Made by a program: the position numbers and the translations under genes. A stretch of 64,000 bases of DNA from Prochlorococcus sp. AG-679-M10 (GTDB lineage Bacteria; Cyanobacteriota; Cyanobacteriia; PCC-6307; Cyanobiaceae), in NCBI GenBank assembly GCA_003210655.1, contig QCUQ01000003.1:9428-73427 (forward strand), given 5' to 3'. Shown in pieces: positions 33,184 through 44,087 of the stretch. The stretch's first letter is position 1. Each line of letters opens with the position of its first letter. Under the pieces are notes generated by a model. It saw only the letters and a program-made list of their open reading frames with translations, was not told where the DNA came from and did no database searches.

Positions 33184-33939
33184 ATGAAAGAACATATAGA
33201 CCCTATCTCACTATTTAAGCAAACAAATTTTTCAAGCACTATTTGGTGGAAAGTAAAATTTAATATTTCTGGATATCAAAATGAAACTGAAAATAATTTA
33301 GTGACGGAAATAGTCAAAAATAGAATTTTTAGACTTATTTACCCAAGTCTTTATCAAAGTAAATATAAATTATCAAGGATATTGGTTCAATTATATGAAG
33401 ATGGTTATGTCTGCTGGATTGATTTAGATAAATTATCTATTGAGAAATTTGATTTTAAAAACAGTTTTGTCGAATCTGATCAAATATTAATACAAGCAAA
33501 AATTCCATTTATTCTTAATTGGATCAAAGATCGATCTAAGGTAAAAAATATATATCTTTGGGGTGGTACTTCAGGTCCTAATTTTGACTGTTCTGGGTTA
33601 ATTCAAACGGCTTTCTTAAATCATGAAATTTATATACCTAGAGACTCTTATCAAATTAAAAGTTTTTGTAAGCATCTTTTCAATTTCAAAGAAAATAATA
33701 AATCACTTAAAAAAGGAGATATTTTATTTTTTGGAAATAAAAATAAATGTGATCATGTTGGTATTTATAAAGGAGAGGGACTTTATTTCCATAGTTCAGG
33801 TATAGATTACGGAAGAAATGGTATAGGAATAGACACTTTAAAAGACACTAACGATAAAATTTCTCTACATTATCAATCAAAACTTATTTCTGCAGGAAGA
33901 GTAATCAGATCATATGGATGGAATAAAACTATTAGATAA
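33184..33939 (+). CDS. NlpC/P60 (C40) cell-wall peptidase
   Basis: YLWGG...FDCSGL, DHVGIY and FHSS catalytic Cys-His-His. Confidence 0.92.
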   Translation: MKEHIDPISLFKQTNFSSTIWWKVKFNISGYQNETENNLVTEIVKNRIFRLIYPSLYQSKYKLSRILVQLYEDGYVCWIDLDKLSIEKFDFKNSFVESDQILIQAKIPFILNWIKDRSKVKNIYLWGGTSGPNFDCSGLIQTAFLNHEIYIPRDSYQIKSFCKHLFNFKENNKSLKKGDILFFGNKNKCDHVGIYKGEGLYFHSSGIDYGRNGIGIDTLKDTNDKISLHYQSKLISAGRVIRSYGWNKTIR

Positions 33940-33993
33940 ATTTTTTTATATAAAGTTTTTATTTTATTATTTTAAAAATATTTGGATGTGAAG

Positions 33994-34593
33994 TTAACCT
34001 GCAGTCCAAATATTTTTAATAATTGGCATAATGGTATCTAAGTGAAGAGTACCCACAAGAAGCCACGCAAATACGGCTCCACCACAACCACCTAACCAAA
34101 ATCCACTTGTAAAATCAGCCCAACCTGTTCTAGTAAACAAGTCTGCAGGTGGGTTATATACTGTAGCGTCTGGAGGCTGAACATTAGGGGCCTTACCTGG
34201 TGCATTATAAAGAACTAAAAGTGCTGTCATTATGTGAACTGCTCCAATAGCTGCCAGAAGTCCTGCAGTTATTGCGAACTCAGAATTTCTTAGTGGACCT
34301 GTCATTGTAAATGGTCCATAAAGCAGATAACCAAATGCTGCCCCTGTCTCTAAACCTCTAAAGTTTGGAGAAATTCCTTCCCTATAAAAAGGTAAGTTGT
34401 TAATAAAAGCTTTTGTAAAATAACCACTATTGACTGGAGTGGCTAAATTTCCAACACATGGATCAGAAACTGTTTTAACCGCCCATTGGTTTGCCACACC
34501 AATGTCATCAGGCTGTATAGAGTTATCTATATATTTATCATCAAATTTAATAGAATTTGTTGATTCTGAGAATGATTTTTGAAAGTCGCTCAT
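33994..34593 (-). CDS. psaL: photosystem I subunit XI
   Basis: [28 protein letters not shown] and [13 protein letters not shown]. Confidence 0.95.
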   Translation of the reverse strand: MSDFQKSFSESTNSIKFDDKYIDNSIQPDDIGVANQWAVKTVSDPCVGNLATPVNSGYFTKAFINNLPFYREGISPNFRGLETGAAFGYLLYGPFTMTGPLRNSEFAITAGLLAAIGAVHIMTALLVLYNAPGKAPNVQPPDATVYNPPADLFTRTGWADFTSGFWLGGCGGAVFAWLLVGTLHLDTIMPIIKNIWTAG

Positions 34594-34621
34594 TTGTTTT
34601 GATAGTTATTTTTGAGTTAAT

Positions 34622-34735
34622 TTAATCAGTTGCAGTAATTAATCTTCCTATCAGTACGATAAATACTGCAGGCATAGCTATCCCAATTAATGGAACAAAG
34701 ATAGGTGGGAGCAGATTTGCTAAATCAGATGGCAT
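34622..34735 (-). CDS. psaI: photosystem I subunit VIII (not in ORF track)
   Basis: Manual translation MPSDLANLLPPIFVPLIGIAMPAVFIVLIGRLITATD*, immediately upstream of psaL. Confidence 0.93.
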   Translation of the reverse strand: MPSDLANLLPPIFVPLIGIAMPAVFIVLIGRLITATD

Positions 34736-34827
34736 AAATCTTTAAACATCTTTAAACACTCTAATATTTATCGGAGAAATAGTGTTAATTTTATTACTTG
34801 ATGATATAAAAATTATTAACTTTATAT

Positions 34828-35217
34828 ATGCTCAATTTTCTCTCTATAGTTCTCATCATTTTAATAATATTTATTTTCGTAATTTTCAAGAAAAAATATA
34901 TATTTAATGTTTTTAATAAAAAGAAATTATATCCAATAAAAGAAATGGATAATGAAAATAATATAATTACCTCTTCATCAAAAAAATATAATCACTATCA
35001 AAATAGTTCTAATAAGTACTCAGAATTTTATAAAAGAACTCTTAGAGAAAAAATGTTAAAACTTTCTAAAGGGGTTACAGCAGATAAATTACAAGCTTTA
35101 AAGATTGCAGAAGAATTAGCAGATAAATCTACATTACCAATTCTCAGAAAAGGTTTAAAAGATATGAATCTACAGATAGTTGAACGTTCAGCTGATCTTA
35201 TTAGAAAGTTTAAGTAG
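34828..35217 (+). CDS. membrane-anchored hypothetical protein with C-terminal HEAT-like repeat
   Basis: N-terminal TM; STLPILRKGLKDMNLQIVERSA resembles a HEAT/PBS-lyase repeat. Confidence 0.7.
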   Translation: MLNFLSIVLIILIIFIFVIFKKKYIFNVFNKKKLYPIKEMDNENNIITSSSKKYNHYQNSSNKYSEFYKRTLREKMLKLSKGVTADKLQALKIAEELADKSTLPILRKGLKDMNLQIVERSADLIRKFK

Positions 35218-35221
35218 AGAT

Positions 35222-36184
35222 TTAGTCATTAGTAGTACTTTGAATTTTCCTAACTCTGTAAATTGGCCTATTTTGACTCTCGTGATAAGTTCTAATTAAT
35301 AATTCCCCTAATAATCCAAAACTAAATAATTGAACTCCAGCAATTCCCAATATCAAAGCAAACATTAACATCGGTCGATTACCAATATCATTTCCTAGGA
35401 GTTTGATAATAAATAAGTAAGATGTCATTCCAAGACTTAGTAAAATACTTATGATCCCCAAAAAACCGAATCCATACATAGGTCTTGTCAAAAATTTGGT
35501 CATAAACCAAACAGTAAGTAAATCCATTAAAACCCTAAAAGTTCTATCAATCCCGTATTTACTAGAACCATATTTGCGACTTCGATGATTAACTTTGATT
35601 TCTTTAATTTTAGCTCCCTCTATATTTGCTAAAACAGGTAAAAACCTATGAAGTTCTCCATATAATTTAATGTCTTCAACAATCTCTTTTTTAAAAGCTT
35701 TTAATGAACAACCATAATCATGCAACTTAATGCCAGTAATATTAGCTATCAATTTATTAGCAATTTTTGATGGTATACGCCTATTAATTAATTTATCTTT
35801 TCGTTCGTATCTCCATCCGCAAATCAAATCATAACCTTCATTTATATGTAAAATTAATTTTGGAATATCATTAGGATCATTTTGTAAGTCACCGTCTAAA
35901 GTAATAACAATTTCGCCCTTCGAATTATCAAAACCTGCAGCCATTGCAGCAGTTTGTCCGTAATTCTTTCGAAGTGAAATAACTGATAATTCCTTAATTT
36001 TTATAGTTAATTCATCCAATACTGTTGAAGTATTATCATTCGAGCCGTCGTTAACTACTATTAACTCACAATTTAATTTATTATTTTGCATGACATTTAA
36101 AACTTCATCTAATAAATATCTAATACTCTCACTTTCATTAAAAACAGGAATAATAATAGAAATTAACTGATTAGGATTTGTCAT
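35222..36184 (-). CDS. GT2 polyprenol-phosphate glycosyltransferase (ArnC/GtrB-like)
   Basis: IIPVFNE, VNDGSND, RKNYGQTAA, DGDLQNDP, two C-terminal TM helices. Confidence 0.92.
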   Translation of the reverse strand: MTNPNQLISIIIPVFNESESIRYLLDEVLNVMQNNKLNCELIVVNDGSNDNTSTVLDELTIKIKELSVISLRKNYGQTAAMAAGFDNSKGEIVITLDGDLQNDPNDIPKLILHINEGYDLICGWRYERKDKLINRRIPSKIANKLIANITGIKLHDYGCSLKAFKKEIVEDIKLYGELHRFLPVLANIEGAKIKEIKVNHRSRKYGSSKYGIDRTFRVLMDLLTVWFMTKFLTRPMYGFGFLGIISILLSLGMTSYLFIIKLLGNDIGNRPMLMFALILGIAGVQLFSFGLLGELLIRTYHESQNRPIYRVRKIQSTTND

Positions 36185-36242
36185 ATGAATAGCGATTAAT
36201 AATCTTATAATTTTAACTTAAATTAGAACAATAAAATTAAAC

Positions 36243-36272
36243 AAAAAAAAATCACCACTAATGTGGTGATTT
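36243..36272 (-). terminator. intrinsic terminator of psaA-psaB
   Basis: Minus strand AAATCACCAC-ATTA-GTGGTGAT followed by a long T run, just after the psaB stop. Confidence 0.85.
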
Positions 36273-36290
36273 AAATTATTTAATAAAACT

Positions 36291-38519
36291 TTATCCAAAC
36301 TTACCTGAAGTAGACGCTATTACAAATGCTCCAAAAGTAAGGATATTTCCAATTGTGAAATGCGCCAATCCAACTAGTCTTGCTTGAACAATTGAAAGTG
36401 CAACTGGTTTATCTCTCCAACCTACAAGGTTAGCTATTGGAGTACGCTGATGAGCCCAAACTAATGTCTCAATTAATTCTTGCCAGTATCCTCTCCAAGA
36501 TATCAAGAACATGAATCCAGTCGCCCATACAAGATGACCGAATAAGAACATCCAAGCCCAGACAGAAAGTGAATTAACACCGAAAGGATTGTACCCATTA
36601 ATTAGCTGAGCAGAGTTTAACCAAAGATAATCTCTAAACCAACCCATTAAATAAGTCCCAGACTCGTTAAATTGAGCTACATTACCTTGCCATATTGCTA
36701 GATGTTTCCAATGCCAGTAGAAAGTTACCCATGCTATCAAGTTCAAAGCCCAGAACATTGCAAGATACATAGCATCCCATGATGAGCTATCGCATGTACC
36801 TCCACGACCAGGTCCATCACAAGGGAATGCATAACCCAAATCTTTCTTATCAGGAATTAGTTTTGTTCCTCTAGCATCTAAAGCTCCTTTAATAAGGATT
36901 AATGCAGTTGTATGAAGTCCAAGAGCTATAGCATGATGAACTAAGAAATCTGCTGGACCAATTGGTAAAAAAGCACTTAATGCATCTTGTCTATTAATTA
37001 AATCCATCCAGTAATGGTTTCCTGGCAAAGAGTTTGCGGCAACACTAGCTGCACTAGTCGGATCCGAAAGAAGTGCGTTAAATCCATACATCATCTTTCC
37101 TTGAGCTGCCTGTACAAACTGAGCAAATACAGGTTCGATCAAAATTTGTTTTTCAGGATTTCCAAAAGCTACAACAACATCGTTATGTACATATATTCCT
37201 AATGTATGAAAACCTAGGATCATAGTTACCCAACTTAAATGACTTATAAGAGCTTCTTTTGTTCCCAATACACGAGCCAATACATTATCTTTATTCAGTT
37301 CAGGATCATAGTCTCTAACAAAGAATATTGCTCCATGAGCAAAAGCACCAACCATTAAAAACATGGCTATGTACTGATGATGGGTGTATAAAGCTGACTG
37401 TGTCGTGTAATCTCTTGCAATAAAGGCATATGAAGGAAGAGCTCCCATATGTTGAGCAACTAAGGAAGTAGCTACACCAAGAGCAGCTAACGCTAAACCT
37501 AGTTGAAAGTGTAGAGAATTAGTAACAGTTTCATAGATACCATCATGATTAATTCCAAAACTACCTTTATGAGGATCAAGTGGATGTCTTGTATTATGTG
37601 CTTCTGTGATTTCTTTTAAACTATGTCCAATACCGAACGTATTTCTATACATATGTCCAGCAATTATAAATACAGTACCTATTGCAATATGATGATGAGC
37701 TATGTCAGTTAACCATAATGCTTCACTTTGAGGATGAAGTCCACCTAAAAAAGTAAATATTGCTGTACCAGCACCTTCTGATGTTCCAAATATTTGCTCT
37801 AATGTATCTGGATTCTGAGCATATGCTCCCCAGTTAAGTGTAAAGAAAGGAGCTAAACCTGCAGGATGAGGAAGAACTGTTAACCAATTATCCCAACCTA
37901 CATGAATACCTCTAGATTCTGGAATTGCAACGTGAACTAAATGTCCTGTCCAAGCAATACTACTAAAACCAAATAATACGGCAAGATGATGATTTAATCT
38001 AGATTCGTTATTTTTGAACCATGCAAGTGATGGTCTAAATTTTGGTTGTAAATGTAGCCAACCAGCAAATAAGGTCCAGCAAGCCAAGATACTCATAAAA
38101 ATTGAAGCTTGGAACAGTTGCTCATTGGTTCTCATTCCAATTGTGTACCACCAGTGGTACAAGCCTGAATAAGCTATATTTACAGGTCCACTGGCTCCTG
38201 CTTGTGTCATTGCTTCCGTAATACCTGATCCAAAATGAGGATCCCAAATAGCGTGAGCTATTGGGCGAACATGAGTAGGATCAAGTACAAATTGTTCAAA
38301 ATTGCCTTGCCAAGCAATATGAAAAAGATTACCGGCTACCCAAAGGGCAATTATTGCTAAATGTCCGAAATGTGTAGAAAATAACTTTTGATAAAGCTTT
38401 TCTTCGGTCATCCCATCATGACTCTCAAAGTCATGAGCAGTAGCTATGCCGTACCATATTCGGCGGGTTGTTGGGTCCTGAGCTAGACCCTGGTTAAATG
38501 CTGGAAATTTTGTTGCCAT
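36291..38519 (-). CDS. psaB: photosystem I P700 apoprotein A2
   Basis: [18 protein letters not shown] and FX loop [12 protein letters not shown]. Confidence 0.99.
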   Translation of the reverse strand: MATKFPAFNQGLAQDPTTRRIWYGIATAHDFESHDGMTEEKLYQKLFSTHFGHLAIIALWVAGNLFHIAWQGNFEQFVLDPTHVRPIAHAIWDPHFGSGITEAMTQAGASGPVNIAYSGLYHWWYTIGMRTNEQLFQASIFMSILACWTLFAGWLHLQPKFRPSLAWFKNNESRLNHHLAVLFGFSSIAWTGHLVHVAIPESRGIHVGWDNWLTVLPHPAGLAPFFTLNWGAYAQNPDTLEQIFGTSEGAGTAIFTFLGGLHPQSEALWLTDIAHHHIAIGTVFIIAGHMYRNTFGIGHSLKEITEAHNTRHPLDPHKGSFGINHDGIYETVTNSLHFQLGLALAALGVATSLVAQHMGALPSYAFIARDYTTQSALYTHHQYIAMFLMVGAFAHGAIFFVRDYDPELNKDNVLARVLGTKEALISHLSWVTMILGFHTLGIYVHNDVVVAFGNPEKQILIEPVFAQFVQAAQGKMMYGFNALLSDPTSAASVAANSLPGNHYWMDLINRQDALSAFLPIGPADFLVHHAIALGLHTTALILIKGALDARGTKLIPDKKDLGYAFPCDGPGRGGTCDSSSWDAMYLAMFWALNLIAWVTFYWHWKHLAIWQGNVAQFNESGTYLMGWFRDYLWLNSAQLINGYNPFGVNSLSVWAWMFLFGHLVWATGFMFLISWRGYWQELIETLVWAHQRTPIANLVGWRDKPVALSIVQARLVGLAHFTIGNILTFGAFVIASTSGKFG

Positions 38520-38547
38520 TGAATTAAAAAGGTGAAGTTCAGGTTAT

Positions 38548-40852
38548 TTAGCCAATCCCGAAAAGGCGAGCATGGAAGAATGCCCAAGTAGTAGCTATGC
38601 CGCCCACTAAGAAGTGAGTTACACCAACTGCACGACCTTGAGTAATTGATAGTGCTCTTGGTTGAATTGTTGGAGCAACTTTCAATTTATTATGTGCCCA
38701 AACAATTGATTCAAATAGTTCTTGCCAGTAACCTCTTCCACTGAATAGGAACATTAAGCTAAATGCCCAGATAAAGTGAGCACCTAAGAACATTAAGCCA
38801 TACATACTGATTGCTTGACCATAACTTGTCAATACTTGTGCTGCTTGAGCCCATAAAAAGTCTCGTAACCATCCGTTTATAGTAATTGCACTTTGTGCAA
38901 AATTTCCTCCTGTTAGCCCCCAAACATCACTTTGCATTTTCCAAGAAAAATGGAAAATAACAATTGATAGGCAGTTATACATCCAGAAAAGTGCTAAGAA
39001 AACATGGTCCCAAGAAGAAACTTGACATGTACCTCCTCTACCAGGACCATCACATGGGAATCTAAATCCTAGAGATGCTTTATCAGGGATTAATCTTGAG
39101 CTTCTTGCATAAAGGACACCTTTAAGAAGAATCAAAACAGTTACATGTATCTGAAATGCATGAATATGGTGAATCATCAGATCAGCTGTTCCCAAAGGAA
39201 TTGGGGCAATCGCAACCTTTCCACCTACTTCAACTAAACTTCCGTTAAATACTTCACTTATAGCTTTATGAGGTAAGGCTTCTGCTGTACCAGCCAATAT
39301 TGAAGTACCAACCGCGGAAGCTTGAATGCTTTGAACCCATTGAGCAAATATTGGTTGAAGCTGAATTGCAGAATCACTAAACATATCTTGAGGTCTTCCT
39401 AAAGCTCTCATTGTGTCGTTATGAATATAGAGTCCAAAACTATGGAATCCTAACCACATACAAACCCAATTAAGATGACTTATTAGCGCATCTCTAGCTT
39501 TTAAAATCCTATCTAGAACATTATCTATATGTTTTGCTGGATCGTAATCTCTTACCATCGCTATCCCTGCATGAGCTCCAGCACCAACTATAAATAATCC
39601 ACCTATCCACATATGGTGAGTAAACAAACCAAGCACAGTCATGTAATCAGTCGCAATGTATGGATATGGAGGCATCGCATACATATGATGAGAGATCAAG
39701 ATGCTAAGAGAACCGAGCATTGCTAAGTTTACAGAAAGCTGTGCATGTCTACTTTCAGCCATAAAATCAAAAAGTCCTTGATGCCCCTTAGGTGCTGGGA
39801 AAAGAATAGGATCTCCTTGTTGAGAATCTAATATTTCTTTCATACTATGACCAATTCCATAATTAGTCCTATACATATGACCAGCAATTATAAATAAAAC
39901 AGCAATTGCAACATGATGATGTGCAATATCAGTCATCCATAAACTTCCTGTTACTGGATTAAGTCCTCCCTTAAAAGTTAAGAAATCTGAAAAAGCAAAC
40001 CAATTTAAACTAAAGAAATTACCTGTACCGCTTGCAAGTCCTGGAAATATTTGACCGACAATTTGAGGATCACACAATTGATGAGGCATTGGCATGTCAG
40101 CAATTGTCGCTATCTCTTTACCGTTAATAAGTAGTGGACTACCAGCATCAATAGCATCTAAAAGAGCTGCTGTAGGAGCACCAATATGAATAACATGACC
40201 CGCCCAAGCTAAAGAACCAAGTCCTAAAAGACCTGCGAGATGATGATTCATCATAGACTCAACATCTTGGAACCATTCCATTTTTGGAGCAGCTTTATGA
40301 TAGTGGAAGATACCTGCATGAAGCATTAGTGCAGCCATTACTACTGCCCCAATAGCTAATGCCATCAATTCACTTTCATTTGTAATTCCCCATGCTCGCC
40401 ACATGTGGAATATTCCAGAACTTATTTGTATCCCGTTGTAGTTAGCACCTAAATCACCATTAAGCATCTCTTGCCCAACTATTGCCCATACTTGTTGAGC
40501 TCCAGGTTTTACATGGGTAGGATCAGCTAGCCAGCCTGAATAATTTGAAAATCTCGCTCCATGGAAAAATGCAGCACTCATCCATATAAAAATGACCGCA
40601 AGGTGTCCGAAATGAGCTGAGAAAATTTTTTCTTGTAGCTTCTTCAGCATCTCCTGTGTGTATATCAAAATCATGGGCATCTGCATGCAAATTCCAAATC
40701 CAAGTTGTGGTTTTTGGACCTTTGGATAATTTACTTGACCAGAAACCTGGTTTATCTAATTTGGCAAAATCAATAGGTCTGGGATCAGCCTTGACGGGTG
40801 ATTCCAAAATCTTTTTGTCTTTTTCTCCACTTTCTGGTGGGCTAATGGTCAT
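38548..40852 (-). CDS. psaA: photosystem I P700 apoprotein A1, interrupted by +1 frameshift at A6 tract 40626-40631
   Basis: MTISPPE...[13 protein letters not shown]...EEATRK in one frame; [11 protein letters not shown]...[12 protein letters not shown] in another; removing one A fuses them. Confidence 0.97.
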
Positions 40853-40876
40853 CTAGCACCTCTAAATAATTGAGAC

Positions 40877-40932
40877 CCTTAAGTAGATTTATCACACCTA
40901 TAAGCCTACTTATTAATAGTAGGCTCTTAAGG
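40877..40932 (-). promoter_or_regulatory. structured psaA 5' UTR (psaA RNA motif-like)
   Basis: Closing stem CCTTAAG/CTTAAGG enclosing perfect hairpin AGCCTACT-7nt-AGTAGGCT (40903-40925), just upstream of GAGG RBS. Confidence 0.7.
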
Positions 40933-41194
40933 AACGAGCGAATCAAAACTTAAGATTTTCGTTACCAAAAATAATAGGCTAAAGATTCTTTGATCATGCA
41001 GGAAAGTAACAAATGTTTCATTGATTGTTACTTTTCAATATTTCTACTAAATCCCTTTATATAACAAGTTTCTAAGTATATTTACTCATTTCAATTAAAG
41101 AAATCTTAAATTTCTTTTTATATTTCGTTTTTATTTTTTTTGATTGCAGCGAAGAGATATAGTTTTAAATTGATATTAAAGAGAACTTCTTAAA

Positions 41195-43015
41195 TTGAAA
41201 GGTATTGCAATAGGTTTTTCTGATACTTCAAAAGAGATTTTAAAAAGACTAAAAAAAACTGAATTTATTAATGAGATTTTCATAGGAAGCTCATCCCATA
41301 AAGGTAAAAAGATAAAAGACTCAGTCAAATTTATGAAACCTAGGCAAATTCTGAGAGAAAAGTGGGAAGAATTAGAGTTGATTATCTTTGTCGGCTCAGT
41401 AGGAGCATCAATTAGACTTATCAATTCTTTATTATCCTCCAAAGATGAAGATCCTGGAGTAATTGTCATTGATAAAAAAGGATCAAAAATTATTCCTATT
41501 ATTGGTGCACATCAATCAAATATACAAAATATTGCATTTCAAATATGTAATTTATTTGGTGGTGAAATAATCGAGACTAATAATTCAATTGATCAGAATT
41601 ACTTAAATATTGACTCATTTGGAAATCAATGGGGATGGAAAAGATCTGGAGATATAAAGGACTGGTCAAAATTAGTAATCAAGCAATCTAATAATAAAGA
41701 GATTTTTTGTAGCCAATTATCAGGCAACAATTTATGGAAAACTTCTGAAGTAGGAAATACTATAAGTAAATTATCAGACAAAGATTATGAGCAAAAGAAA
41801 TCAATTTTTCATATATCCATATTCGGTAATCATAAAAATACTTGGCATCCGCCAACTTTATGGATTGGTTTAGGTTGTGAGCGAAATACTAGTAAAGAAT
41901 TAATTGAAGATTCTTTACAAAGTTTTTTAGCCACTAATAACTTATCTCCATTATCAATCGCAGGTTTTGCAACTGTTGATTTAAAAAAAGATGAGAAGGC
42001 AATTTTAGAGATATCAAAAGAAAAAAAATTACCTATAAAATTTTTTACATCTGAAGAGCTCTCTTCAATCAATACCCCAAACCCATCGAATGTAGTACTC
42101 AATGAAATTGGTACACCTTCAGTTGCTGAGGCAGCTTGCATGCTGGCTGCAGGACAAGATTCAAAACTATTGAAAGAAAAGAAAATTTTTAAAAGTTTCG
42201 ATTCTTCAAAAAGTACGATTGGCGCAGTAACTATTGCAGTCTCAGAATCTAAAAATCAATATTCCCCATTAACTGGTGAGATTCATGTTGTAGGTAGTGG
42301 GCCAGGAGATATTTCCTATCTAACAAATGATGCAAGAAAAGCTTTATCCAAATGTTCTATTTGGATTGGATACAAAATGTATTTGGATCTAATTAAACCT
42401 CTTAAAAGAAAAGACCAAGTGATGATTGAAAGCAATCTTACTGAAGAGAAAGAAAGATGTGAGAAAGCTATAAAACTTGCTGAAGAGGGAATAAAAGTAG
42501 CACTAATATCCTCTGGCGATGCAGGTTTTTATGGGATGGCTGGCCTACTTTTAGAATTAATTCAAAAAGTTCATAAAGATTTTAGGCCTTCATTTGAAGT
42601 ACATCCAGGAATAAGTAGCATGCAGTTGGCTGCTGCACTTGGCGGGGCTCCTTTGATGAATGACTTCTGTTCAATCAGCTTGAGTGATAAGTTAACCCCT
42701 TGGGAATCTATAGAAAAAAGAATTGCAGGCGCTTTATTGGGAGACTTTGTTATTACCATTTTCAATCCACAATCACTTGAAAGAGATTGGCAATTAAAAA
42801 GAGCTATAGAATTATGCTTAGGATATAGACCAGGCAATACTCCAGTTTTAGTAGGAAGACAAGTAGGTAGGGAAAATCAATCCAAGAGCTTTTTTAGTTT
42901 AGATAGTATGCCTTTAAAAGATATAGATATGCTATCAATAATAATTATTGGTAATTCTAAAACTACTTTGGTTGATGAAATATTTTTAACTCCAAGAGGA
43001 TATTTAAAAAAGTAA
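41195..43015 (+). CDS. cobJ: bifunctional CbiG / precorrin-3B C17-methyltransferase
   Basis: N-terminal CbiG (KDEDPGVIVID, IGLGCER, TPSVAEAA) fused to VGSGPG, ISSGDAGFYGMA, SLSDKLTPW, TPRGY. Confidence 0.93.
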   Translation: MKGIAIGFSDTSKEILKRLKKTEFINEIFIGSSSHKGKKIKDSVKFMKPRQILREKWEELELIIFVGSVGASIRLINSLLSSKDEDPGVIVIDKKGSKIIPIIGAHQSNIQNIAFQICNLFGGEIIETNNSIDQNYLNIDSFGNQWGWKRSGDIKDWSKLVIKQSNNKEIFCSQLSGNNLWKTSEVGNTISKLSDKDYEQKKSIFHISIFGNHKNTWHPPTLWIGLGCERNTSKELIEDSLQSFLATNNLSPLSIAGFATVDLKKDEKAILEISKEKKLPIKFFTSEELSSINTPNPSNVVLNEIGTPSVAEAACMLAAGQDSKLLKEKKIFKSFDSSKSTIGAVTIAVSESKNQYSPLTGEIHVVGSGPGDISYLTNDARKALSKCSIWIGYKMYLDLIKPLKRKDQVMIESNLTEEKERCEKAIKLAEEGIKVALISSGDAGFYGMAGLLLELIQKVHKDFRPSFEVHPGISSMQLAAALGGAPLMNDFCSISLSDKLTPWESIEKRIAGALLGDFVITIFNPQSLERDWQLKRAIELCLGYRPGNTPVLVGRQVGRENQSKSFFSLDSMPLKDIDMLSIIIIGNSKTTLVDEIFLTPRGYLKK

Positions 43016-43112
43016 TTTCAAACCAAACCTAATATTGATCATTAAATATTTCATTTTTGCTTTTTTTGCAAGAGAATATTAATGTTTAAGAAACATTATT
43101 GAGATTAATTCC

Positions 43113-43916
43113 TTGAATAATATTGGTATAATTTTATTTGATATAGATGGTGTTATACGAAGCGTAGAAAACAGTTATAGACTTTCACTAAAAAAAACAG
43201 TTTATCGATTTTGCGGTTGGGATCCTAGTTATCGAGATATAGATAATGCAAAAAACGAAGGTATATGGAATAACGATTGGGATTTAAGTTTAGAATTAAT
43301 AAAGAGGCATATTAAAAGCAAGAATCTAAAACTTAAACCACCTCAAAGAGAAGTTATAATCAAATGTTTTGAAGAATTCTACTTTGGTGGGAATCCAAAT
43401 AAAGATAGTAATGAATGGTCAGGCTTTATTAGAAATGAGGAGTTATTAGTGGAAAAAGAATTTTTTACATTATTAAGTGCAAATAGGATTAGTTGGGGAT
43501 TTGTTAGTGGAGCTGAATCTGCATCTGCAAAATTTGTTTTAGAACAGAGACTAAAATTAGAATCTCCCCCTTTAATAGCAATGGGTGATGCTCCTGATAA
43601 GCCAAATCCTCAAGGTTTTCTTTATTTAGCAAGCAAGCTTTCCGAAAGTAGTTTAGGTGATAAAAATGTACCCATTGTATATGTCGGTGACACTATTGCT
43701 GATATCAACACTGTTTCTAATGCAAAAAAAAGAATTCCAAATCAAAAATTTATAAGCATTGGAGTAGCTCCTCCCCATCTCCATTTAGAATCTAGGATGA
43801 AAGAACGTATTTCATATGAATTAAAACTTAAAGAGGCAGGAGCTGATTTAATTCTAAATAAAGTAAATGATCTTAAAAATATAGATATTGATTTTTTTAA
43901 AAAATTCCTAGAATAA
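43113..43916 (+). CDS. HAD-superfamily hydrolase
   Basis: LFDIDGV motif I, DKPNP and YVGDTIAD motifs. Confidence 0.9.
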   Translation: MNNIGIILFDIDGVIRSVENSYRLSLKKTVYRFCGWDPSYRDIDNAKNEGIWNNDWDLSLELIKRHIKSKNLKLKPPQREVIIKCFEEFYFGGNPNKDSNEWSGFIRNEELLVEKEFFTLLSANRISWGFVSGAESASAKFVLEQRLKLESPPLIAMGDAPDKPNPQGFLYLASKLSESSLGDKNVPIVYVGDTIADINTVSNAKKRIPNQKFISIGVAPPHLHLESRMKERISYELKLKEAGADLILNKVNDLKNIDIDFFKKFLE

Positions 43917-43937
43917 AATAATTCTTATCAATAATTA

Positions 43938-44026
43938 CGGAGAGGGAGGGATTCGAACCCTCGACAAAAGTTACCTCCTGTAACTCCTTAGCAGGGAGCC
44001 GCTTTCAACCACTCAGCCACCTCTCC
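43938..44026 (-). tRNA. tRNA-Ser(GCU)
   Basis: Minus strand GGAGAGGTGGCTGAGTGGTTGAAAGCGGCTCCCTGCTAAGGAG...GGTTCGAATCCCTCCCTCTCCG; long variable arm, anticodon GCT. Confidence 0.97.
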
Positions 44027-44087
44027 AGTTCTTATACATTATCAATTTTTAAGCAAACATTCAAAATTAGTTATGTAATCGAAATGT

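Noticed and set aside
40523-40852. 109-aa ORF as an independent gene or a naturally split psaA
   Set aside because: It is the PsaA N-terminus running out of frame after a single extra A; no RBS or credible start for a separate second half.
43917-44087. tRNA-Ser (and tRNA-Gln at 63841) as island integration sites
   Set aside because: Flanked directly by housekeeping-type genes; no integrase or duplicated tRNA 3' end seen in the window.
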